Position numbers and translations under genes: made by a program. Positions 53,001-63,765 of a stretch of DNA of 64,000 bases are shown here, piece by piece (within the stretch, counting starts at the first letter, position 1; each line of letters starts with the position of its first letter). The notes beneath the pieces were generated by a model. That model saw only the letters and a program-made list of their open reading frames with translations, was not told where the DNA came from and ran no database searches. The DNA is from an uncultured Verrucomicrobiae bacterium (lineage in GTDB: Bacteria; Verrucomicrobiota; Verrucomicrobiia; Chthoniobacterales; Chthoniobacteraceae). The stretch covers positions 352,001 through 416,000 of the forward strand of contig CAWIKF010000002.1 in the NCBI GenBank assembly GCA_963836755.1. Direction: 5' to 3'.

Positions 53001-55605
53001 CGCCGGAGTTGCGCGCGAACCTGAAGTTCATCGCTGCGCTCGCAGCCACCGGCGGTCCGGCGAATCTCCGCTACGGCGCAGAACTCAAGCTCGTCTGGCA
53101 CCGCGGCGATGAGCCGCTGTGCGAATTGCGCGATCTCGATTTCGCACGCGACGGCGACCATCTCCTCGTCAGCCGCGTCCTCGCACCGCCGGATGTGAGC
53201 GGTTACGCGGATGTGCTCGCCACCTATCTGCGCTTCCACCGCGACCTGCGGTCGTGCGGGCGAGGGAGCAGCGGCAGGGCGCCTTCACGATCTACGAGGA
53301 GCATCGCGACAAAATCCTGCGCGTCTTTCGCCAGCAACTCCTGGAGCGAGTCGGTTATCGCGTCGAGCACGTGCTGCGCGAGCTGCTGCAAAACGCGGAA
53401 AGCGCCTACGCAAGCCAGCGCGAGCCGAAGCCGGCGCAGCGCCCGTTTCTCGTCACCGTCGCTCCAGGCGCTTCCGAAAACATGCGGCGGGTCGAGGTCG
53501 CTCATGACGGGCGCGCGTTCAACGCGATGGACAAGGACGGTCGCGAACGCGACGACACTCACCGCATCGTGAGCCTCGGAGGTGATCGGCAACAAGCGGT
53601 CGAGGAACTGGGACGCTTCAATCGCGGTTTCAAATTCGTTTTCAACGTCACGCGGCGGGTGCAGGTGCGCAGCGGCGCCTATGATTTTTCGATTGTCGAT
53701 CTGCTAATCCTCGCGCCGCCGAATCCGATGCCGCGCGACGGGGCGTTTTCGGCGCGGACGACGTTCGCGTGGGAATGTGCGCTCGCACAGGCCGAAGAGC
53801 TCCTGAGATGGAATGGCAATCGGCCGGTGATCGCGCGCGTTGGCGCGTTTTCTCAGCGGCGCTCGTCTTCTTGCGCGAAGTCACGCAGGTCGTCATCCGC
53901 TACCGCGAGAAAACGTGGAACTGGGCGATCGACCGAAAGGTGGAAGCCGATGGCTGGACACGCGTGCGCGTGGTGAGCGTCGAGGCTGGTGAACAGACGT
54001 TTCGCGTGCTGGCTGCGACTTCGCAACAGCGCTGGGCTGGCGGCGCGCGCCGGCTGGCCGTCGGCTTTGAACTCGATGCGCATGGCCGGCCAAACGCCCC
54101 GCTGCCGCTCCGCTCTATTTGTTTTTCCGAACGGAAACGACAGGGCTGTGCGGGCTGTGGTTCAATGGCGATTTCGACGTGGCCGAAGATCGGCTCGCGG
54201 TGCGTGACAACAGCAAGAACGCGGCACTGATCAAGGAAGCTCTGGCCCTCGCTATCGCGGAAGCGCAGCGGCAGATCGCGGCGCAGCCCGAGGCCGCGAT
54301 GTGGCTGGCGTGGGCGCGCGTGCTCGCGCCGCAGGATGGCCGAGAATGGGTGCGCGCGCGCCTGCACGAGGACACGGCAAATTTGCGTGCCGGCTTCGAC
54401 GCGGCGGCGGCGATGCTGACGGCGGCCATCCCGCACGAGGGACGGCTACGGCGCGCGGAGCAACTGCGGCAGCCGACGAATTTCCTGCGGCGAGTGGCCG
54501 GGAGATTTGCCGCGGCGTGGGAAATCGACGGCTCGGATTGGATCGAACCGGAGATCGGCGCGGAGCTCGACCGATTCGCGGAGCGCTCCGGAAAATTTTG
54601 GCTCGACGACCACATCAAAGAGCACGGTGCGCGGCACGACTTGCTGCGCCGCATCCGCATACGCTCCTCCGCCGGTTTTCCGCAGCGAATTTGTCCGCTC
54701 GGCGATTGAGCAGCAGGAGCACGATCGAGCGCTCAACGCGATCGCCCGCTTTCTTCCCCGCGACCTTGAGCCGGAGCCTGAACCGGCATCGCTTGAACTC
54801 GCCGACCTCCTCGAGTGGTGGGAAGACAAGCGCGATCTCGCGCCTTACACCCTCGATGGGGACTGGTGGCCACTGCTTTTCCCCGGCGCGGAGACGCCAG
54901 ACCGCGCGACCTTCTTCGCGACGTGCTGACTCGGACCGGCGACGACGATGGCCGGCTCGCCTGGTATCAAGTGCTCAGCGTGCCGTGTCTGCTCGCAATT
55001 CCGCGGCCGGTGCAGCGGACGCGCCCGTTCTGGCAGCAAGAGTTGGGGGCGCGAGAATTCTGGAGGCGCACGGCGGCGGAAGGGTTCGGCGCATGGACCG
55101 ATCAGCTCTTCGCGGAGCTGATCGCGCGGCCTTTCGATGATCCCCGGGCCAGCGGCGAAGACGCCGAATCGGGCGGCGCGTCTTTGATGACGTGCGAAAT
55201 CTGCACGCTGGTTTTCGAAAACGATTTCGCGGGCGCGTTGGTCGACGCGGCGGTGCGCGGCATCGGGCTCGCCGATTTTCTGCACAACGGCAACCGCCCT
55301 GATCTGATGCGGTTGACCGTGTCGGTCAAAGCGCCATTGCGCCCGACTTCTTCTGCGGGAAATGCCCGGCTGGGAATTTCCTCGCGGGCGACATGCATCC
55401 ACCTTCGCTCTTCGTATGCCGGCCGGTGCGCCTCGCCGCGGCAGATTATGGCCTGATCACGCCCGAGCAGGCGGAGCGTTACGACTTCGCCGCGCTCCAG
55501 GAAACCGACGAGCAGATCCGCGCTGCGCTCGCCCGTGACCCTGCGGGACGCGAGCTCCTGCGCGATTACGACATCCCCCTGCTGCACTGGAGGCTGACGC
55601 ATTGA
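50036..55605 (+). CDS. Giant (~1800-1850 aa if repaired) protein with two sacsin/GHKL-type ATPase domains; several frameshifts after 53.2 kb
   Basis: Domain 1: FLAELAQNANDA...LLVANDG...IGRFGIGFKSCY...VFIES. Domain 2: VLRELLQNAESA...VAHDG..F...LGRFNRGFKFVF...VQVRSG. Coding sense continues through ORFs 53119, 54119, 54507, 54815 and 55393 to TGA 55605. Confidence 0.75.
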
Positions 55606-58347
55606 GCCTGCCCGTTGCCGGTCAACGTGTGATCCTTCGCCCGCGGCCGGAACTTGGCTTCGGGCGTGTTCGTTTGATTGAGGAGGACGCTTTCGGCGAG
55701 ACCCGGTGCCAGGTCGAGTTCGAGCATCGAGACGGGTATCTCGCAGTGCCACCGGCGGAGCTCGAGATCGTGCCGTGGCCGTGGGAGGAGTTCGCGGCGG
55801 GAGCACTCGGCGTCATCGAAGTTTTCCGCCGCAAGCTACTAGCGGGCGTGGTAGTGGGAGAAAATAATCGCACGGGCGCATTCCTGCGTGCGGCCACTCA
55901 GCCGCTACCGCACCAGGCCTTCCTGCTCGACAAGCTGCTCTCGGGAAATCGCTTCGGGCATGTGCTCGCGGATGACGTGGGCCTCGGCAAGACGGTTGAA
56001 GCCGGGCTGATTATCATGAGTCTTTTGCAGCAGGAGGCGGAGGCGCGCGTCCTCGTGGTTTAGTCCGGCCGGTCTGACGCTGCAATGGCAGGATGAAATG
56101 GACGAACATTTCCAGCTCGTGTTTGCCATCCTGGGCCGCGACTTCAATCCTAGCACCGCCGCGGGCTGGCGCGGTCGGCAGCTCATTATTGCACCCCTCG
56201 ATACGGCCAAGCGCGAGGATCACGCGGCCACCCTTCATGCCGTCGGCCCATTCCACCTCGTCATTTGCGACGAGGCGCACCGGCTTTCCGCGCGACGCGA
56301 ATTCCTCTCCGGGGAGTTGCGGACGACCGCGAACTATCGGCTCTTTCGCGAACTCGTCGAAGACGGACGATCGACTACGTCACGGGCGGCGACGGCGCAA
56401 CCCGCTCGCCGCGGCTGCTCCTGCTCTCCGCGACACCGCACCAGGGCGACGACTTGCGCATCGGCTATTTGCGAAGCTCGTGCGCCCGGATCTCTGCACA
56501 CACGACGACGACGAAGTGACAGCGGATTTCACGTCCGAGAACCTGCGCGAGGCGATCACGCGCACCGCGAAGTCGCGCGCGACGGATTGGCAGGGGCGAC
56601 CGCTTTTCAAAGGCCACGTCGCGGAGACGCACGAGGTGGATTGGACGGAGGAAGAGCGCGAGGTAGCGCGGGAGCTCACGCGTTACATCCAACAGAGCCT
56701 GCTCGTCGCGGAGAATGCGGGAGCCGCGCGCCACTCATCATCGAACTGGTGATGCACACATTTCACAAGATCGCCGCGTCGAGCTGGCACGCGCTCGAGG
56801 AGGCACTCGATCGGCGGCAGGCCGCGCTCCTCGGGGCGGTCGTCGCGCCCTTGGGCGACGACGATCCCGAGACCGATGAAGACGAAACGACGCGCGGCCT
56901 GGCGCAGCCGGAATGGTTTGCGGGCGAACAGCAAATGATCGGCGCGCTGCTTGAGCGCGTGCGCGATCTCGAAAACGACAGCAAATGGGACGCATGCGCG
57001 GACCTGTTGCGCGCGATCGAGGCCGCTGAGCCATGTGCGAAGGTGCTTTTTTTCACGCAATACCGGGCAACACAAAGCGCCCTGATCGAGCGCCTCGCAG
57101 AGATCTTCCCCGATGCGGGCGTGACCGAGATCCATGGCGGCCTCTCGCTTGATGAGCGGCGTGAGGCGCGGCGAAGCTTCGAAGGCCCGGCGCGATTTCT
57201 CGTCTCGACCGAGGCGGGCGGCGAGGGCGTGAACCTGCACCGGGCTTGTCACGTCGATGATCAATTATGATCTACCGTGGAATCCGATGCGGCTGCAGCA
57301 GCGCATCGGCCGTCTCGATCGGTATGGCCAGCAGGCATTAGTGCAGGTGTTCAATCTCCGCGTGCCCGATTCGTGGGACGCGCGCATTTCCATCCGCATC
57401 CACGAGCGGCTCGCCGTTGTGCAAGCGACCATGGGGCCAATCGCCGGCGGGCTGGAGGACTACCACGAGATGATCCTCGGGAACGTCGCCAGCCATGTCG
57501 ATGCGCCGCGCATTTTCGCCGAGTGGCGTCGCGATCCGCGCGCCGCTGTGTCCGACGCGCAGATTGATGATTGGGTGAGGGAAGCGGTCGCATCGGCTCG
57601 CCGATGGGAGCAGCTTTTCAGCCGCGATCTCGGTCTCGGCGCACTGCCGGCGCAGGCGCAGGTGGAAGGCGCGGTCTTCCGCGCCGCTTACGACGCGTGC
57701 CTCGGCGCGCATGGCCTGCGGCTCTCCGACACGCGCACCTCGGCGCAGCAGATCATTCCTGGCGTTTTTCATTTTCCGCTGCCGGCGGAAGTTTCGCGGG
57801 CGGGAATTGCGCGCCTCGCGTGAAGTTTACGTCGTCTTCGACAAGGAGCGATTCGCGGAAGTCCGTGGCGAGGTGCTTGGCCGCGCCCGCGGGCAGGAAA
57901 TCAAACCGGGACTGGCGGGCTTTGGTGAGCCGGTCACCGATTGGCTTTTCCAAAGTGCCTTCGTGCCGCGCCGCGGCGAGAGCGCGTTTGCCATTCGCGC
58001 TGGGGAGGGAATGGACGCACGGCCAAGGCTGGCTCTTTGTCGCGACGCTGCGCTGGCTTGGAGCGGCTCGGCGTCTTCGCGCGCCTGACAGCCTCGCTGC
58101 TTGTTTCATCGCGGACGCGGGCGAACCGCGGCTGCTTTCCGCTACGGAGCTCGCGTCCTTGGCCAAAGGCGCGACGCCATCTTCCGCGGGGGCGGCGTCG
58201 AATGACGCGCCGCACGATGTTGCCCGCCCACTGGTGCAATCGCACCTGCGCGCTCTCGCCGAGCAGCGTGGTGCGCACGCCCGCGCGAACGCCGGTTGGA
58301 ACTGGACGCTATTCGCTCGCGTCGGCGTTGGCGGAGGCTCGACGTAA
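55602..58347 (+). CDS. SNF2/RapA-like SF2 helicase, frameshifted
   Basis: PLPHQ, LADDVGLGKTVEAG, DEAHRL, LLLSATPHQG, KVLFFTQYRATQ, LVSTEAGGEGVNL, INYDLPWNPMRLQQRIGRLDRYGQ. Start overlaps the upstream stop (TTGA). Confidence 0.88.
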
Positions 58348-58380
58348 GGCTTCGCGAAACCATCTTCACGCACAAACTCT

Positions 58381-61362
58381 ATGAAAACCACACTCCCCTT
58401 CCGCCATCTCTCGATCCGCGTCCCGTGGCACGATGCGGGTTGGGACGGGACGGTGTGCCAGAGGCCGCTGAGTAACAACGCGTGCCTGTGTTTGAAAGGC
58501 ATCAGCGAAAGCCGCGACGATCCGTGGGAGGCGGCGCATGCGGGCGAGGCGATGGCCGACTTGCCGGACAAAGTGCCGCCCTGCCTGCGCGAGCGGGCGG
58601 GCTTCATGTCGGGCCGGCCGGTCACGCTCTCGCTCACACACAAGCTCGGGCACGACGAGGACTACGAGCACATCCAACCGACGCCGCTCGAGATGCCGGC
58701 GTGGTCCGCGCCCGGCGTGCCTTTCAACTGGCTGAACCGCGCTGGCGCCGCCGCGCGCGAGGAGCGGCTGGCGATCGGCTACGATACCGGCCGCGAGCCG
58801 ATGGACCGCTGGAAAGCCACGGGCACGTGGGTTCTGCATCCGGAGAATCAGCGCGCGTGCCTCGAGTCGTTTTGGAGCGCGATCGTGCCGGGGCGCTCGC
58901 TCGTCTTTTTCTACGCAAAGGCGATTCCCGGCGTGGAGGACAACCGCCGCGTGCTCGTCGGCGTGGCACGGGTGAGCGAGCTGAAGCCGCTGCGCGAATA
59001 CATCAAGGGCGACCCCGCGGGCGTCGGTGCGTGGATGTGGGAGCGGCCGGTGCTCCACACGTTGCGCACCGATTTTCGCGACGGATTTTTGCTGCCGTAT
59101 CAGGCCCTGCTCGCGGCGATCGACGTCGGGCAGCCGCTGCATCTGCCGGAATTCGTGGCCTTCGCGCCGGAGGAGCATCGGATGGAATTCAGCTACGCCA
59201 CGGAGCACGTCACCGGCGACGCGGCGCTCGGCGCGCTGGAGGAAATGCGGCGCGCGCTAATGCGGTGCTCAGAGGTGGTGCCCGGGCCTTGGGAACGCGT
59301 GCAGGCGTGGATCAACGACCGAATCATCGAGGTGCGCCGGCAGCGCGGAGCCTGCCCGGGGCTCGGGGCGGCGCTCACCGCCTTCGGGCTGCCGCTCGGC
59401 GAGATCGTGGCCGCGGCGCTCACCGCGGAGCTGCGTGACGACGAAGATCCGTGGGCGCGCGTGGAGGCCGCCTTCGCCGACCCGAAGAAACTCCCGGCGC
59501 CGCTGCGCTCGCAGATCACCGTGTCCTTGAAAGGAAAGTGGAAGGTGCTGACGAAGCCGCGGCGCGCGTGGCTACGCCTGCTCTCTCGCCTGGCGCTCAC
59601 CGCGGATCAGGCGGGCATGCTGTGGGACGAGGCGGAGCGCATTTTCACGCCGATCCGCGCCCGCGAGAGCGAGCTGCTCGCTAACCCGTATCTTATCTGC
59701 GAGCAGTGGTCGCAGCCGGCGGTCAAGGAGGAGGTGTTGGAGGATGAGGAGGGCAAGGAAACCGAAAGCATCACGGTCGTTCCGGCGCCGGGATTTTGGA
59801 CGGTGGATCGCGCGGTCTATCTGCCGGCGGCGCTGGCGGCGCATCATCCGCTGCCTGGGCCGGAACCGGCTTGGGAGCGGGACGATGCGCGCCGCGTGCG
59901 CGCCTTGCTCGGGCACGTTCTGCGCGCGGGCGAGCGCGAAGGCCATGCGGCCCTGCCCTTGCCGCTGCTTGTGGAGCGAGCCGCCGCCCTCGGGCTCGAG
60001 CCGCCGCTCGGCGTCGATGCGGGGCTCATCGCGGCGCTGCGGGAGACGTGGGACGCGGCCGCGGAAGAGGACGATGCGCCCGAGGCGGAGCTCGTTTTTC
60101 ACCAGCTCGCCGAGGGCGAAATCATGGTCCAGACCCGCGCGCGCGAGGAGGTCACGCGCATGATTCGCGGCCTGACGCGGCGCGTCCGGAAAATGAAGCG
60201 GCTCACGGTTGCGTCCAATTGGCCCGCGCGGCTGCGGGACAACCTGCCGCCCGACGATGGCACGGCGCGCGAACGCAAAGCGCGCGAGGAAAAAGCCGCG
60301 GCTCTCGCAGAGCTCGCGGCGTCGCCGTTCGCAGTGCTCGTCGGACCAGCCGGGACAGGAAAGCCACGCATTCTGCGGACGCTGATCAATGAACCGTCGG
60401 TGCAGCAGGGCGGCGTGCTGCTGCTCGCGCCGACGGGCAAGGCGCGCGTGCGCTTGCAAACGCCGACGGCGTATCCGGCGAAAACGGTCGCGCAATTCCT
60501 AATGCGGCTGCATCGCTACAATACGGCGACGGCCGCTTATTTCATGAACCCGGACGAGAAGGGCGCGACTCAGCTCAAGACGGTGATCGTGGATGAGGCG
60601 TCGATGCTCACCGAGGACCAGCTCGCAGCGCTGCTCGATGCGGTGCGCGCAGCCGAGCGGGTCGTGCTCGTCGGCGATCCGGGGCAACTACCGCCCATCG
60701 GCGCGGGGAAGCCGTTCGTCGATCTCGTGGAAGCGCTACGGCCGGCCGAGGCCTGCTGGCCGCGGGTTGCGCAGGGTTATGCGGAGCTCACGCAGCGCAT
60801 GCGGCAGGATCAGCGCGACGAGCGCGTGCCGCTCGACGTGCAACTGGCTCCGCCTCAGCCACTGCGCAACGGTTTACGACGGTCAATTTGGACGAACCGG
60901 AGTAGCGCGGCGCCCGCATCCGGTCAAAGTGAAAGACGCCGCCAGCGGACGCGAAGGTTGGTATGAGCAATACCTGATTCATCGGACGCGCGCTGGGACA
61001 CTCGTCAGCTCAAAAGCGGAGGTGGTGGTAGCCAACGAGCTTGATTACGCCCGCGAGAAACGGTGGCTGACCTATGGATACGAAGAGCGCCTCCCGCGGC
61101 CGACGGATCTAGCCGCCTTCCGGACTTCACCATTCGTGACGAGATAGGCCGCACCTTTTACTGGGAGCACTGCGGCATGCCTGACGATCCCGGGTACGCG
61201 GAACGTTGGCAGGAAAAGCTCGCCTGGTATGCCCGGCAGGGTATCGAGCAATGGCATGAGACCGAACGGCCTGACGGACAGTTGATCGTGACGCAGGATG
61301 CCGGAGGCCGATTGGACGCTTCGCGAGTGAAGGAGATTATTCGGACAATTTTTTCCGGATAG
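58381..61362 (+). CDS. RecD2-like SF1 ATPase/helicase with long N-terminal domain and C-terminal nuclease-like domain; frameshifted and apparently internally deleted
   Basis: N-terminal RHLSIRVPWHD.GWDG.VC; GPAGTGK, LLAPTGKA, VIVDEASM, VLVGDPGQLPPIGAG; C-terminal LIHRT..G..V.SK.EV..AN | PDFTI......FYWEHCGM..DP.Y..RW..KLAWY. Confidence 0.8.
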
Positions 61363-61422
61363 GGTGGGTGGCCTAAGTGAAATGCGGTTGACGCTCCCAA
61401 GACTTGTTTGTGGGTTTTGGGA

Positions 61423-62805
61423 ATGGAGTTCGAATCTGTGCTGAAAACGGCAAATGGCCTACTCGATCTCGGATTGTTCGAGGAAGCAGCGAAGGAGTTG
61501 ACGAGGGTGCCTGAAGAAGAGAAAGCACGGCCGGCTTTTCTCCGGGCGTTGCTGCGCGTTCAGCTCGCGCTTGGACACTCTAAAGCTGCAGCCGAGACCG
61601 CAGCGCAACTCCGCTGCAGGGACAAATACTTGCTATATGGAGCACTCGATATCTCCATAGCACTGAGTTTTGCCGGAAGGCTTATAGAGGCACGGTCGGT
61701 AATGGAGGCATTTGCACAATTCAAGATGGGTTATCCTTCGGAGGCTTATCATATGGCCTGTCTGGAATCGCGTCTCGGAAAATTTGAAGCTGCGACGCGC
61801 TGGCTTCATCTGACTTTGCAGCAATCCGAGGTTTACTGCACCAAAGCGCCCTTCGACTCCGATCTTATTCCACTGTGGAAATCTGTCAGGAGTGAGCCGC
61901 TTACATTGGAACAAGCACACCTGCTGCTCGATCCCTGCTTTGACGTTCTACTCGGGAAGAGTGCTGGCGATCTAGCACAGAAAAGTCAAATCGACTCCAA
62001 CGATTTGCGGGCTTTTCCGGAGAGTTGGAAGCGACTCTTTCGGTTCGACCCGACGAAGGGACTTTTTACAATTCATGCTTTGACGGCGACTCAGTTCCCC
62101 TTTCAACGAGATGCTTGTCTCGCTTGGTTTCGCAAGCGCGCGGAAATTTTCCTTCGCAATCTGCAAATTGGCCGCGAACGGGCGTTGACTGTCGTGTTGG
62201 CAGCACAATGCGAATATGCACTCAAGTATTTGCAAATCGGCAACTATTTCGCCGCGCGATGTCATCTGTTATGGGCTCTGGCCAAGAAGCCGGAGTTTCT
62301 CTCAGAATACCGCTGCCACAAGGATTTGCACGCAATGCGCTTTCTCCTCGACGAAATTCATTGGGCCAATGGCATTGATCCGCAATGGAGTCATTTTCTC
62401 GTTCGAGCATGTTTTCCTAGCGCAGAGATGAATGTGCCGGAGCTTCTTGAGGATGTGCCGGTCGCGCTACGAAACACTTCCCTATACTTGTTGCAAATCG
62501 GTTCTGTCGCTCAGGAGAACGGAGATTATGTCCCAGCCGTTCAAAGCTGGATAAAGCTGTCCGCGAATTGGGCGAAAGATATCGTGGGATATGCAAATGG
62601 TGTGACCTGTTTGCTGCACATGCGGATGTGGGACCGGGCTAGAACCCTTCTGTGTCTTGCGCCACGAGCATATCGATCTTTCCACCTCTGCCGCTCACAA
62701 TGCCGTCAATTGCGGCTGCGCAATATTGAGGCCGACGCGCCCCCAGCTACTTTGCCATTGCATTGGCAACCCGAAGTGGGACGAATCGCGAAGGGGTATT
62801 CCTGA
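61423..62805 (+). CDS. TPR-repeat protein; N-terminal domain paralogous to 48019..48510
   Basis: LKTANGLLDLGLFEEAAKEL, AYHMACLESRLG..EAA..WL, KAPFDSDLIPLW. Confidence 0.7.
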   Translation: MEFESVLKTANGLLDLGLFEEAAKELTRVPEEEKARPAFLRALLRVQLALGHSKAAAETAAQLRCRDKYLLYGALDISIALSFAGRLIEARSVMEAFAQFKMGYPSEAYHMACLESRLGKFEAATRWLHLTLQQSEVYCTKAPFDSDLIPLWKSVRSEPLTLEQAHLLLDPCFDVLLGKSAGDLAQKSQIDSNDLRAFPESWKRLFRFDPTKGLFTIHALTATQFPFQRDACLAWFRKRAEIFLRNLQIGRERALTVVLAAQCEYALKYLQIGNYFAARCHLLWALAKKPEFLSEYRCHKDLHAMRFLLDEIHWANGIDPQWSHFLVRACFPSAEMNVPELLEDVPVALRNTSLYLLQIGSVAQENGDYVPAVQSWIKLSANWAKDIVGYANGVTCLLHMRMWDRARTLLCLAPRAYRSFHLCRSQCRQLRLRNIEADAPPATLPLHWQPEVGRIAKGYS

Positions 62806-62857
62806 AACGTTAACCCGACGAGGATAGAGATGGTTGCATGATCTTGCTTAATGCCTC

Positions 62858-63439
62858 TCATCTCCCCGCGCGAATGAGCGCGAGCAGTTCGCCGAGCAAA
62901 TTGTCGGCATTAACCGGCACTTCTCCCGCTTTCAGTTCACCCGCGAGTTTAGCGTCGAGCTCGATCGCTTTCAGTTTGTCGGGCATTTTAATAGTAATGG
63001 TTTCGAAGCCGTTCTCGCCGTCTCTCTTCGCTGCCCACACCTGGCAAAGTCGGCTATTTTGATCTACTTCTCCAATCGGAGTGGTCACCACCGAGCGCAA
63101 GTAGGCGCGCTTCTCTTGTAGCGTTAGCCTCGTAGAGGCATTTTCCGATTCCCTGAGCGCCTCGAGTTGCTTTTTGACGTTAACATTAGTCAACAAACGC
63201 GACCCCGCGGATTTCGCCGTCGTTCGATCCGGACATTGATAAGCTTCCGCATAGGCCTCGGTAGCGGTTTTGCCCAGCACATAAAGTCGACAAAAAACGC
63301 TTTGACGACCGTTCAGTGAAGGGGTTCTGTCCGCATCGCATTCGGCCGCTTTTTTAATTGAACGCAGAAGCCTACGTCCCGGTGGCTTACCGATTTTCTC
63401 GGAAGGTGACGGGTCGTGATCATGATCGTTTACTTCCAT
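62858..63439 (-). CDS. Phage terminase small subunit-like protein
   Basis: LNGRQ..FCRLYV.GK.ATEAY..AY......A...GSRLL.N..V HTH; C-terminal IKMPDKLKAIEL.AKL.G. Confidence 0.75.
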   Translation of the reverse strand: MEVNDHDHDPSPSEKIGKPPGRRLLRSIKKAAECDADRTPSLNGRQSVFCRLYVLGKTATEAYAEAYQCPDRTTAKSAGSRLLTNVNVKKQLEALRESENASTRLTLQEKRAYLRSVVTTPIGEVDQNSRLCQVWAAKRDGENGFETITIKMPDKLKAIELDAKLAGELKAGEVPVNADNLLGELLALIRAGR

Positions 63440-63505
63440 GGACCCGATGGCTGCTATCGCCACAGCCGTAAAGGGCAATTCTTTTTTTTGACAAATGTTC
63501 GGCCC

Positions 63506-63565
63506 GCGAGGGGACGCAACTCGTTCAAAAAGCGGTCGGTTTTTGAACAGCGTTGTTTTCCTCGC
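63506..63565. other. 60-bp imperfect inverted repeat upstream of terS
   Basis: GCGAGG..CAAC..GTTCAAAAA / TTTTTGAAC..GTTG..CCTCGC. Confidence 0.6.
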
Positions 63566-63765
63566 AAAAGGAGGGGAGTTTTTGAACGGATGATGTGAGA
63601 AGCAGTCCCGTAAAAAAACTCACGTTAATTAGCTCCTCCTTAATTCGATCCCTGGGCGATTCCGGGTCCAGCGAAGTGCAGTTACCTATTGGGCTGATAC
63701 TCGAATCTGCTTGTTCTCGTTCCAGGTTCATTTTACGGTATTGAGTCTTCAAGAATTTGCGGGCG

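Noticed and set aside
49010..58347. DISARM (DrmC PLD + DrmD SNF2)
   Set aside because: No DrmA, DrmB (DUF1998) or methyltransferase. The PLD has a signal peptide and lies ~470 bp upstream, like a stand-alone Nuc.
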